DNA of 64,000 nt from Planctomycetota bacterium (GTDB lineage: Bacteria; Planctomycetota; PLA2; JAEUHO01), in assembly GCA_029213105.1 (NCBI GenBank), contig JARGNS010000001.1:5129-69128 (forward strand). The letters are read 5' to 3'. Both the position numbers and the translations under genes were made by a program. The notes beneath the pieces were generated by a model. That model searched no databases. It had not been told where the DNA came from and saw only the letters and a program-made list of their open reading frames with translations. The stretch's first letter is position 1; the number at the start of each line of letters is the position of its first letter. Positions 16,782 through 25,224 of this stretch are shown here, piece after piece.

Positions 16782-18907
16782 TGTCTGGCAAGTCGGATCG
16801 TACTGTAGTCCCCATCCAGGTCACGAACGGCCAGGCGCAGCTGCAGTACGCTCCGGCGCAACTGGCGTATCGAATCCTCAACCTCGAGGCGACCCCCGAG
16901 GGCACGTTGCGCGCTGTCCGCGGGGCTTGCCCCTACGAGCCGGACCGTGGCGGCGACCAGTACGGTGGGTTCGGACTGCCCGGAGGCTACAAGGTCTTCG
17001 GGCGCGTCCCGATGCTGACCGACGTGGTGAAGATCTACGGGGTCTTCCACGCAGGCCTGCTCGGCGGTAAGGCCCCCACGCTGGTCGTGCGGGCCGGCGA
17101 CAGCCTCTACATGCACGCCGGGTGGCGGCGGTCGTGGAAGCTCCTCTACACTGGGCTGACCGACGAGGGTCGTGCCGGGTACCCGGACCTCTTCGCGGTG
17201 GTCAACGGCAACATCATCTGGACCAACGGTCTCGACCCCGCGCTCGTCATCAGCCACGACGGGCAGGTCGTGCCGCTCGGCTTCGACCGAGGTCCCGGCG
17301 CCCCCGAGGTCGATGGCTGCCAGCAGCCCGGCAGCGAGGAGCACTACTACGCGAACTCCGAGGGGTACTCGCACCCCGGACGCGTCGGCTCGGTCGGAGA
17401 CTTCGTCGACAACAACGACGGTGCGCTGCTCGCGAGTCGATACCGCTGGGCGGCTGCGTGGGAGGACGAGCACGGGAACATCTCGCCACTCTCGAACGCG
17501 AGTCGGGAGATCGCGATCTCGGTCCAGCGCGCGAACGCGTGGGTCGAGGAGGCGGGCTCGGTCCAGAAGTACGACCGGACGACGAAGGTCGACGACCTGC
17601 CGCGGCAGTTCACGGCGAAGTTGCCGGGCGGAGCGCCGCCCCACGCGGTGGCTTGGTGGCTCTACCGGACCCCAGACGCGAACCGCAACCCCGACGAGTT
17701 CCGGGTGGTCGAGCGGTTCAGCGGCTCGATGGCGTGCGTCTACGCCGACAACATCCCCGACAGCCGTCTCGGCCCGCCGGCGAAGAACAACGAGCCCGTC
17801 CCGCGGTTCGGGGTCATGACCTCGCACGCAGGGTCTCTGGTCATCGCCAGCGGGGCCCGAGTGCTCCGCAGCGAGGTCGGCTACCCCGGGAGCTTCGACC
17901 GCGACCTGTCAGTCATCCCCGACCCGGACGGCGCTGTCATCACGGGGCTCGCGAGCCACGCAGGCCGCCTCATCGCGTTCACAGAGCGCGCGATGGTCGA
18001 CATCACCGACCCAACGCAGCCCCCCGTGGTCATGGCCCGCGGCATCGGCTGCGTTGCACCTCGGTCGGTCTGCGGCATGCCCGACGGCACGCTGGTGTGG
18101 CTGAGCCGGGACGCCTTCTACGGATGGCACCCAGAGAACGGTCTCCGACGCCTGAGCGACCCCATCCACCGCCTCGTGAAGAACTCGCTGGCCAAGGGGT
18201 CTCTGAGCAACGCAGTCGCCATCATCGAGCCGGAGAGCCGCGAGTACCGGTGCGCAGTCGCGCGGGCGGGCTCGTTCGACAACGAGTTGCTCCTCTGCTT
18301 CGACGGTCTCGGGTGGCGCGAGGTCGAACTCGGCTACAAGATCAGCGACATGTGCGTCACTGATGACTCCCGTTACCGGGCGCTGTTCGCGGGCGGGGTC
18401 GAGCGGCTCTACCCAGACGGGGTCAACACGGTCACGCGGGTGGACGCGTACGACGTCTACGGCATGAACAGCGAGGTCGGGTCGTACACCGACCGCAGCC
18501 GGACCTACTCGTACACCTCTGCGTGGCTGCGCGCCGACGACTCTGCGCTCGCGCACGTGAACGTCCACAACCTCTACGTCGGCATGATCGACGAGATCGA
18601 CGAGAGCGTGAACGTCTACGTCTACCGCGACGGGGCTCGGAAGCCTGACGAGGACAGTCCTCGGAAGCTGAAGGCTGTGGGCACGCTGTCGGAGGACCTC
18701 ATCGGCGACTTCGCCACCGGGTCTGGGTCAGTCCACGCGCGGCGGCTGTTCTGGCGCCAGATCACCGTCGAGCTTGAGAACGCGCACACGTGGTCTTTCA
18801 AGATTGAGTCGGATAAGCCATTCCACCTGGCGTCGTTCGCGCCCGAGATGTCGTACGCGTCGATGGGCGGACCGAACGGTCGAGTCCCGTTCGGGGAGGA
18901 TGAGTAA
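16781..18907 (+). CDS. Large virion/tail protein (708 aa)
   Basis: Translationally coupled ORF in the late module. Gly/Pro/Asp-rich beta-type composition. Confidence 0.45.
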   Translation: MSGKSDRTVVPIQVTNGQAQLQYAPAQLAYRILNLEATPEGTLRAVRGACPYEPDRGGDQYGGFGLPGGYKVFGRVPMLTDVVKIYGVFHAGLLGGKAPTLVVRAGDSLYMHAGWRRSWKLLYTGLTDEGRAGYPDLFAVVNGNIIWTNGLDPALVISHDGQVVPLGFDRGPGAPEVDGCQQPGSEEHYYANSEGYSHPGRVGSVGDFVDNNDGALLASRYRWAAAWEDEHGNISPLSNASREIAISVQRANAWVEEAGSVQKYDRTTKVDDLPRQFTAKLPGGAPPHAVAWWLYRTPDANRNPDEFRVVERFSGSMACVYADNIPDSRLGPPAKNNEPVPRFGVMTSHAGSLVIASGARVLRSEVGYPGSFDRDLSVIPDPDGAVITGLASHAGRLIAFTERAMVDITDPTQPPVVMARGIGCVAPRSVCGMPDGTLVWLSRDAFYGWHPENGLRRLSDPIHRLVKNSLAKGSLSNAVAIIEPESREYRCAVARAGSFDNELLLCFDGLGWREVELGYKISDMCVTDDSRYRALFAGGVERLYPDGVNTVTRVDAYDVYGMNSEVGSYTDRSRTYSYTSAWLRADDSALAHVNVHNLYVGMIDEIDESVNVYVYRDGARKPDEDSPRKLKAVGTLSEDLIGDFATGSGSVHARRLFWRQITVELENAHTWSFKIESDKPFHLASFAPEMSYASMGGPNGRVPFGEDE

Positions 18908-21036
18908 TGTCCGGTGACTACGTCCACCCGAAGCACAAGTTCGTCGAGAAGGAGCCGCTCGAGACCACTGAGGTCAACGAGGCGATCCAGCCGATCGGTG
19001 AGACCCTGAACGGTCAGCTTGGTCCGCACAACCTGCGAGCCCCGCTGGACCCCGCACTGGCTGCGGCTGCCGACACGTTCTCGCGGACGCTGCACCGGTT
19101 CGTCGAGGTCAACAGCGCCATCGGACCGACGCAGTCTCCGCAGCCGGACGCGGTCGGGTCGTTCAGCCTTGGGCAGGACAACTCTTGGCAGCTACTCACC
19201 GGGCCCGTCGCGGAAGATGACCTGAAGGTAGAGATCGCCACCGGAAAGTCGGACCTCATCCTGACCGCACAGGTCGCCCACTGCTATCAGGGCAAGTTCG
19301 ACGGGGTCAACGAGGCGCACGTCATCAGCATCCCTGAGATCACGTACAACGGTGACGAGCCCTACCCGATCGACTTCATCATCCAGATCGTTAGCACCGA
19401 CTACGATGTGCGCGTGAACTACCCTACGAAGGCGGAATCCGGAGGAACTGCCGCAGGGCAGCGGCGCAAGTTCGCACAGCGTCTGGCCGCAGGCGGGCAG
19501 TCCACAGGCGGGGGCTCGGTCGGAGTGGCCGGGTGGGTGACCGCGACTGGTTGGGGTGCCCGCGCCGAGGGTGAGAAGGTGGTCTTCTCAAACACGGTGC
19601 CCGGACCAGCGGCTTCGATCAGCGGGATCAAGGACTTCCTCGGAATCACCGAGCCAGCAGTCATCCGCACCCGCGGAAAGGTCGGCGGCTCCGTGAACGG
19701 CTTCGGTGACCTCAAGTCGTACGTCACCTCTGGGGGGAACGCGTCGGTACTGTACTACCCAGCGCAGGTGCAGTACGCGTTCAGGGTCGACGGCACCGTC
19801 ATCGAGACGACCGAGACCGGGCGCTTCGACAACGAGCAGTTGTCGTGGCAGCCGCTCCGGGTCATCAGCCCGCGGTCCGCCAGCGGCCCGCTGCCGGTCG
19901 CCGGCGTCACGCAGGTCGGGATGACGGGGCCGATGGTTGGACGTACCAGTGATCGCCCCGACGCGATCAACGTCCCGATGCATTCGCACCGGATCAAGGC
20001 GGTAGTGCCTGTCGATCCCGGCACCCACTTCGTGGAGGTCGTGGCCCGGCGGGTCCCGTGCGGCCCGAACCGCTCGTTCCGCACCGGCATCCCCAACGTG
20101 GGCACGAGCCCGGACGTCGAGTCGCTGCAGCCCGAGAACAACGACCTCGTCGTCTACCAGCGTCAGCTGGTCGTAACCGAGAGCCCGCTGGAGCCTACGA
20201 CCGCGGCTCCCTTCGCTTCTCACGTCACGGTCGAGGCGTTCGATGACGAGGACACGGTCTCGAACGAGTCCCTCGTCGTGCGTCGTCTCGAGCCGCTCGC
20301 AGGCGCAGCGAACGCAGTCAAGTCGCACCAGGTTGCGCGCGGCGCCATCAACAACGACCACCTCGCCGACTACAGCCCCACGCTCGCGGTCGGGTACCGT
20401 GGCTTCGTCAGCGACATCGTCGTCGACTCGGTCGCCCACCCGTTTGCATGGCCGTCGTCCGACAAGACTGGACTGACGCTGCTCGGAGGCGACTACCAGC
20501 TCTGGGGCACGTCAGCTGCGTCGACGCTCTCGTGGCAGACGGTCGTGGTGACCCCGCTGTCGCGCGTACTGCAGGGGTCGATCGGCGACACGATCGAGTG
20601 CGTCATCTCGGTCGAGGGGAACGTGGCGCTGAAGAAGCTCGCGCCGCGCAACGCCACGCAGACCGAGATGCACCTCTCCGCGCTGGTGCTGGGCATCGGC
20701 CTCGAGGTCGATGTCGGCACGGGCTACAAGTGGCGCCTGTGGCTCCCCTCGGTCGGGTGGGCGAACAGCAACAACTACTTCGCGCGCCAGCCCGCCAAGG
20801 GTACGAAGTCGTCGCTCACGCTGGAGCACCTCTCGAGTCGGTCGGATCTCGGCGGGGGCGATTTCGATGACATCCCGCTGTCAGCCACATTCGTGCTCAA
20901 CGGCGCGCAAGCCCTCGGGGTCAAGGTGCGCTCGGTCGGCATCTTCGCGTGCGCGACCCACATGACCACGACGGCCGAGGTCGCCGATGCTACGATCGAG
21001 CGCGCGTCCATCAACGTGGTCGCGACCAAGTCCTGA
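18907..21036 (+). CDS. Large virion/tail protein (709 aa)
   Basis: Start overlaps the upstream stop (TAATG). Ser/Thr/Gly/Val-rich beta-type composition. Confidence 0.45.
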   Translation: MSGDYVHPKHKFVEKEPLETTEVNEAIQPIGETLNGQLGPHNLRAPLDPALAAAADTFSRTLHRFVEVNSAIGPTQSPQPDAVGSFSLGQDNSWQLLTGPVAEDDLKVEIATGKSDLILTAQVAHCYQGKFDGVNEAHVISIPEITYNGDEPYPIDFIIQIVSTDYDVRVNYPTKAESGGTAAGQRRKFAQRLAAGGQSTGGGSVGVAGWVTATGWGARAEGEKVVFSNTVPGPAASISGIKDFLGITEPAVIRTRGKVGGSVNGFGDLKSYVTSGGNASVLYYPAQVQYAFRVDGTVIETTETGRFDNEQLSWQPLRVISPRSASGPLPVAGVTQVGMTGPMVGRTSDRPDAINVPMHSHRIKAVVPVDPGTHFVEVVARRVPCGPNRSFRTGIPNVGTSPDVESLQPENNDLVVYQRQLVVTESPLEPTTAAPFASHVTVEAFDDEDTVSNESLVVRRLEPLAGAANAVKSHQVARGAINNDHLADYSPTLAVGYRGFVSDIVVDSVAHPFAWPSSDKTGLTLLGGDYQLWGTSAASTLSWQTVVVTPLSRVLQGSIGDTIECVISVEGNVALKKLAPRNATQTEMHLSALVLGIGLEVDVGTGYKWRLWLPSVGWANSNNYFARQPAKGTKSSLTLEHLSSRSDLGGGDFDDIPLSATFVLNGAQALGVKVRSVGIFACATHMTTTAEVADATIERASINVVATKS

Positions 21037-21042
21037 GGTCCT

Positions 21043-21873
21043 ATGCCTGTCACTCTCGATCCGAGCTACTTCGCCGACGGCGTGACGTTCGACCCTGAGC
21101 ACCTGAACAACTCCCTCTACTCGCTGACGCGCGGCGCCGGTCTGTACTCGGAGTTGAATGGCGGCATTGAGGGCGGGAACTTCGACCCGTCGTTCGAGCT
21201 GCGACAGGAGCACGTCCAACCCGAGCAGTTCGTGAAGGCGAAGTCGGATGGTGCCACGTCTACGCTCGACAACCTGAGCGACGTGAGCGGTCGTTCCGTT
21301 TTCCAGGATGAGGTAGAGATCCCACGTCGGCAGGGGCTGCCCGGGTGCGGCGTCCGAGTCTACGTCCCGTTCGAGGCGACTTCGATTCGGTGGAACATCG
21401 GGTGGTTCTGGTACACGATGAAGTGGTTCGGTCTCGACCTGAGCGACGTGGACGCGCTCACCAGCGAGGCTCAGAAGATCGTGACGCACCTGTTTGTCGA
21501 CGGGGAGGAGATCCCCGAGATGCGCCGCGAGTACCCGCTCACGTGGTTCACGAAGGCTGCGGCTGACTACGCGTCTGCGACAGGCGTGAATGACAACGAG
21601 ATGCCTTGGTCCACTGAGGCTGAGCAGGCGAACTACTTCAACCTGTCGTATCTGCAGACTGAGGCGAGCGTGACGAACCCGGACCGCCGGGTTGTACCGG
21701 GCTACCACGAGGCCTACCTCGGCTTCTACGTCGCACCGCTGGAGGAGGCCTACTTCTTCCGCGAGACGATGAAGCCCTACGACCGTGGCGCGACCCCGGC
21801 GGAGAAGGTCCTGCAGATGTACCAGCGGCTCTCGGTCGGATGCCGCAACACCACGGTCGTCGCGAACCGCTGA
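21043..21873 (+). CDS. Virion protein (276 aa)
   Basis: ORF with RBS, in the late module. Confidence 0.4.
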   Translation: MPVTLDPSYFADGVTFDPEHLNNSLYSLTRGAGLYSELNGGIEGGNFDPSFELRQEHVQPEQFVKAKSDGATSTLDNLSDVSGRSVFQDEVEIPRRQGLPGCGVRVYVPFEATSIRWNIGWFWYTMKWFGLDLSDVDALTSEAQKIVTHLFVDGEEIPEMRREYPLTWFTKAAADYASATGVNDNEMPWSTEAEQANYFNLSYLQTEASVTNPDRRVVPGYHEAYLGFYVAPLEEAYFFRETMKPYDRGATPAEKVLQMYQRLSVGCRNTTVVANR

Positions 21874-21888
21874 ACGTGCTACCATAGC
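21874..21888 (+). promoter_or_regulatory. Recurrent motif variant AACGTGCTACCATAG (TGCTACCAT), copy 3
   Basis: Immediately after the stop of the upstream gene, 15 nt upstream of the ATG at 21903. Confidence 0.3.
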
Positions 21889-21902
21889 GTCTGGAGAAGT
21901 CA

Positions 21903-22586
21903 ATGCCCGCAGGTCTCATCGCTGGTCTCGGAGCCGCCGTCGCAGGCGGCACTGGTCTCGCCAGTTCCCTCATGCAGGGGAAGGCGGCACGTCGTGACGC
22001 GGAGGCGCGCAAGCGCTCTATGGACCGGTACGCCAAGGCGCTGAGTTCCGAGGCGAGCAAGATCCAGGGCGGAACGTCGCAGGCGCAGCAGCGCACGCTC
22101 GCGACGACTGGGGCGCTTCAGCGCTCCGCTGAGTCGCAGCACCTGCTTGACCAGTCGAAGCGCGGCGGCCGAGACCCAAGCACCGACGATCTCCGGGCGG
22201 TCGCTCAGGCGCAGCAGGCGGGCGCTGCGGCCCAGCAGCAGAACCTCGACGCGATGAGCCAGCAGCAGGCAGTTCAGCGTGACGAGATCCGACGCAGTCT
22301 CCAGCAGCAGGGTCTGCAGGCCGCTGCGCAGGCTCAGGCCATCGACCCGCGCGCGGCGGCAGCCGCCGCACGTGCGCCGGGTATCGCACAGGTTGGCGGG
22401 GCGCTGGGCGGCGCGGCGCTGCAGGCGGCCATGCCGACGCTGCAGCAGCAGGTCGGAGGCGCCGCGGCATACCGCGAGGGTCTCCGCGAGGCGTCGGATA
22501 TCCAGAAGGCGGTCGACCAGGGCGTCAAGAAGTCCAAGAACAAGAAGATCTACGGGCAGGATGTCCGAGGTACGGGGAGCGTCTGA
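21903..22586 (+). CDS. Internal virion protein-like, Gln/Ala-rich with N-terminal hydrophobic segment
   Basis: 227 aa: MPAGLIAGLGAAVAGGTGLASSLM then QQ/AA-rich low complexity. Comparable in position and style to T7 gp13/gp14. Confidence 0.4.
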   Translation: MPAGLIAGLGAAVAGGTGLASSLMQGKAARRDAEARKRSMDRYAKALSSEASKIQGGTSQAQQRTLATTGALQRSAESQHLLDQSKRGGRDPSTDDLRAVAQAQQAGAAAQQQNLDAMSQQQAVQRDEIRRSLQQQGLQAAAQAQAIDPRAAAAAARAPGIAQVGGALGGAALQAAMPTLQQQVGGAAAYREGLREASDIQKAVDQGVKKSKNKKIYGQDVRGTGSV

Positions 22587-25177
22587 TGGCCACGACCACT
22601 GAGATGCTCACGCAGGTCAAGAACCTTCGCGCCGAAGTCCACGCAAAGGTGCGGAGTGGCGAGATCGACGCAGAGAACGCGCAGAAGCGTCTGGACCGCC
22701 TCTCGAAGATCGAGAAGGAATGGCGCACGCGTATGCGCGAGTTCGACGAGGAGCAGCAGAAGGCGAAGGCCGCAGGCCGCATCGACTACGTCGGTGAGAT
22801 CAACCGACGCGCCGGCGCCTACCAGAAGGACATGATGGCGATGTGGAAGTCCGGCATCACGTCCCCGAAGGAGGCGAAGGAGCTGGCGGACGAGGCTCGG
22901 GCCGAGATGCTCGAACTCAACGTGCGGCACCCCGGCGTGGTCAAGTCGGCCGAGAGCACCATCGCGTCGAAGATCGACGCCTCTCCCGCGCGATTCGCGG
23001 GCAAGCTGCTCGGGGTCAACCCATGGGAGGCAACTGACGAGAAGCACGCCTATGACTACCACGGAGAGTACGCAGACATCCCCGCGATGGCACTCATGCG
23101 CGCAGGTGCGCTCGTTCCGAATGTCGAAGGCGCCGGGTCTCAGCAGGCGACGATGGAGGAGTGGCTCGCGCTAACTCCGGATGAGCTGGCGGGTCTACAG
23201 AATGCCGAGCCGGAGGAGGTCGACGACGCCATCGACGACATCATCGACGATCGGATGCGCAAGATCGGCGACAGCGGTATCGCGCAGATCTCGCAAGCGC
23301 TCGGCCTCGAGGCGCACGCCGACGCGATCGATGCGCTACGTGAGCAGGTCCTGCCGGGCGGGATGCGGGCCGCGGCTGCGCGGGCGCTGAAGCGCGCCGA
23401 CCTCGGCAAGATCGTGGAGATCGCGGACAGTGGCGAGATGACGTCGGACAAGGCCCGTGAGATGAGCCTCCTCTACGGTCGGCAGGGCCGCCGTGACGCG
23501 CTCGCGACCATGGAGGCAGAAGGCCTCGACCACAAGGCGTACGCAGCCGCAGAGGGCTGGGTCGACCCGGAGGTCAGCGGCGACCCGATGGCAGAGAAGA
23601 TCGCGTTCGCTCAGGAGATCGAGGATCTCGACGCGTGGATGCTCAGCGGGGGCTACTCCGAGGACGAGGTCAAGAACCTCAAGGAGGGCAACCTCGCCGG
23701 CGTGCGGTCGAGCGGCAACCCGTTCGTCGACAGTGCGATGCGGCGTGTCGCTGCGGCCAGTCAGATGGCGCAGAGCGACAACTTCCGCGAGTGGGCGGAG
23801 GACCGCGGCCTCAACCTCGCAGAGGGGCGCGTCCCGTCGCCGGCACAGATCTCTCGGTACATGCGTCAGTCTCGACGCGACAGTCGGCGCCCGCTGCGTG
23901 GTACCGGACGAATGATCGACCTGGAAGTCGTGGACAAGGACCTCGGCGTCGAGACCGAGCAGGGTCTGATGTACTTCCAGAACGAGGCAGGAGAGTTCGT
24001 TGGTGCCGAGCAGATTGCCGAGATGGCGGCCGCTGAACTGAGCAACTTCGAGGAGAACCCGGTCGCGGAGATCGACCTCGAGAACCCGGAGGCGCGCGCC
24101 GCGTTCGCCTCGACGATCAGCGACCCGCAGATGCTCAAGGAGCTTCAGGTCATCGAGCGCGTGCTTCAGCGGGACCCGAGCAAGGCCGCAGGGATGCGCG
24201 CCATGGTCGACCGCACCAACGGCCGGGTCGCACTCGTGGGCCCGCAGCGTCGGGTTGCGGCGACGACGCAGATTGACTCCGCGCACCTCGAACGACTCGC
24301 TCAGATGACGACCAACCCTGAGATGGCAGACGTGGTCGGGTCGGTCGACAAGCTCAACGAGTCGCGCACCAACAACGGTCTGACGAGCGAGGTCTTCGCC
24401 TCGATGGAGAAGGGCTCGACCATCGACCCTGTGACTCTGTTCGTGCCGAAGGGTGCGCTCGTCGCGGAGCGCGAGCCGGTCAAGACGAAGCGGGTCGAGG
24501 TTGCCCGGACCCTCGCGGGGGACCGTGACGACATCTTCCGAGGCATCTACATCGACGAGGACGGGGTCAAGCGCGAGGAACTCATCGAGTACGACGACCT
24601 GCGCGCGAAGCCAGCAGAGGTCGACCTCGCGGAGTCTGGTCTCACGACTCAGCAGCAGCGGCGTGCCTCTCGGCGAGACGCACGGCAGCTTCGCCGTGCG
24701 CAGGCGCCGGCGCGCAAGGCGACGCTGCAGGGTCAGGAGTCCGACCCGGTCCACACGCCTTACCAGACGGTCTTGGACTACGAGACCCCGTCCCAGCGGG
24801 CACTCACGACCGGGCAGGGGGTCGGCTCCGGAGGGGGTTACCGGCAGCGCTTGAACCTCGCGGACCCCGACGCGAAGATGCCCGGATTCAAGGCGGCGCC
24901 TGAGTTCTCTCGCCTCGGAGAGTCCCGTCTCGCACTCGAGTCTCCTCTCGCCCTTGAGTCCCGCTTGGCGCTCGAGTCGCCCACGTACCCGACGTCCGAG
25001 CAGGACATGAGCGAGCCAGCACCAGTTGGTGGCGGCCGCAGCAAGTACAATCCGGCACCGTACCTGCGCGCTGGGATGTCGCTGGACCCGGAGCGCGTGG
25101 AGCGCGAGGCTCAGGAGGCGGCCGCCGACTCGCTGGCTGAGCGGCTTCGCAAGAACAAGGCCGCCAAGTCTCAGTGA
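22586..25177 (+). CDS. Internal virion/core protein-like (863 aa, alpha-helical, acidic), T7 gp15-like position
   Basis: Long charged helical protein immediately before the giant gene. C-terminal LALES tandem repeats. Confidence 0.45.
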   Translation: MATTTEMLTQVKNLRAEVHAKVRSGEIDAENAQKRLDRLSKIEKEWRTRMREFDEEQQKAKAAGRIDYVGEINRRAGAYQKDMMAMWKSGITSPKEAKELADEARAEMLELNVRHPGVVKSAESTIASKIDASPARFAGKLLGVNPWEATDEKHAYDYHGEYADIPAMALMRAGALVPNVEGAGSQQATMEEWLALTPDELAGLQNAEPEEVDDAIDDIIDDRMRKIGDSGIAQISQALGLEAHADAIDALREQVLPGGMRAAAARALKRADLGKIVEIADSGEMTSDKAREMSLLYGRQGRRDALATMEAEGLDHKAYAAAEGWVDPEVSGDPMAEKIAFAQEIEDLDAWMLSGGYSEDEVKNLKEGNLAGVRSSGNPFVDSAMRRVAAASQMAQSDNFREWAEDRGLNLAEGRVPSPAQISRYMRQSRRDSRRPLRGTGRMIDLEVVDKDLGVETEQGLMYFQNEAGEFVGAEQIAEMAAAELSNFEENPVAEIDLENPEARAAFASTISDPQMLKELQVIERVLQRDPSKAAGMRAMVDRTNGRVALVGPQRRVAATTQIDSAHLERLAQMTTNPEMADVVGSVDKLNESRTNNGLTSEVFASMEKGSTIDPVTLFVPKGALVAEREPVKTKRVEVARTLAGDRDDIFRGIYIDEDGVKREELIEYDDLRAKPAEVDLAESGLTTQQQRRASRRDARQLRRAQAPARKATLQGQESDPVHTPYQTVLDYETPSQRALTTGQGVGSGGGYRQRLNLADPDAKMPGFKAAPEFSRLGESRLALESPLALESRLALESPTYPTSEQDMSEPAPVGGGRSKYNPAPYLRAGMSLDPERVEREAQEAAADSLAERLRKNKAAKSQ
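24915..24980 (+). repeat. Imperfect 15-18-nt tandem repeats encoding (E)SRLAL/ESPLAL x4
   Basis: gagtcccgtctcgcactc gagtctcctctcgccctt gagtcccgcttggcgctc gagtcgccc read directly. Confidence 0.55.
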
Positions 25178-25192
25178 GTCCAACGTACGTTT

Positions 25193-25206
25193 GACGTGTT
25201 ACACTC
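25193..25206 (+). promoter_or_regulatory. Recurrent motif variant GACGTGTTACACTC, copy 4, preceded by TTGACG
   Basis: About 20-25 nt upstream of the giant-gene start. Confidence 0.3.
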
Positions 25207-25224
25207 ACCAGCAACCGCGGGTGA

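Noticed and set aside
12691-25183. Antisense ORFs across the late structural genes (12691..15006 at 771 aa, 16400..17827 at 475 aa, 17122..18363, 19588..20439, 20881..21903, 23336..25183 at 615 aa)
   Set aside because: Same high-GC antisense artefact. The opposite-strand genes have RBSs, translational coupling and protein-like composition.
25191-25206. TTGACG at 25191 as a -35 element for the giant gene
   Set aside because: The -10-like TGTTACACT follows immediately with no spacer, so TTGACG cannot serve as its -35. It is treated as part of the recurrent motif instead.
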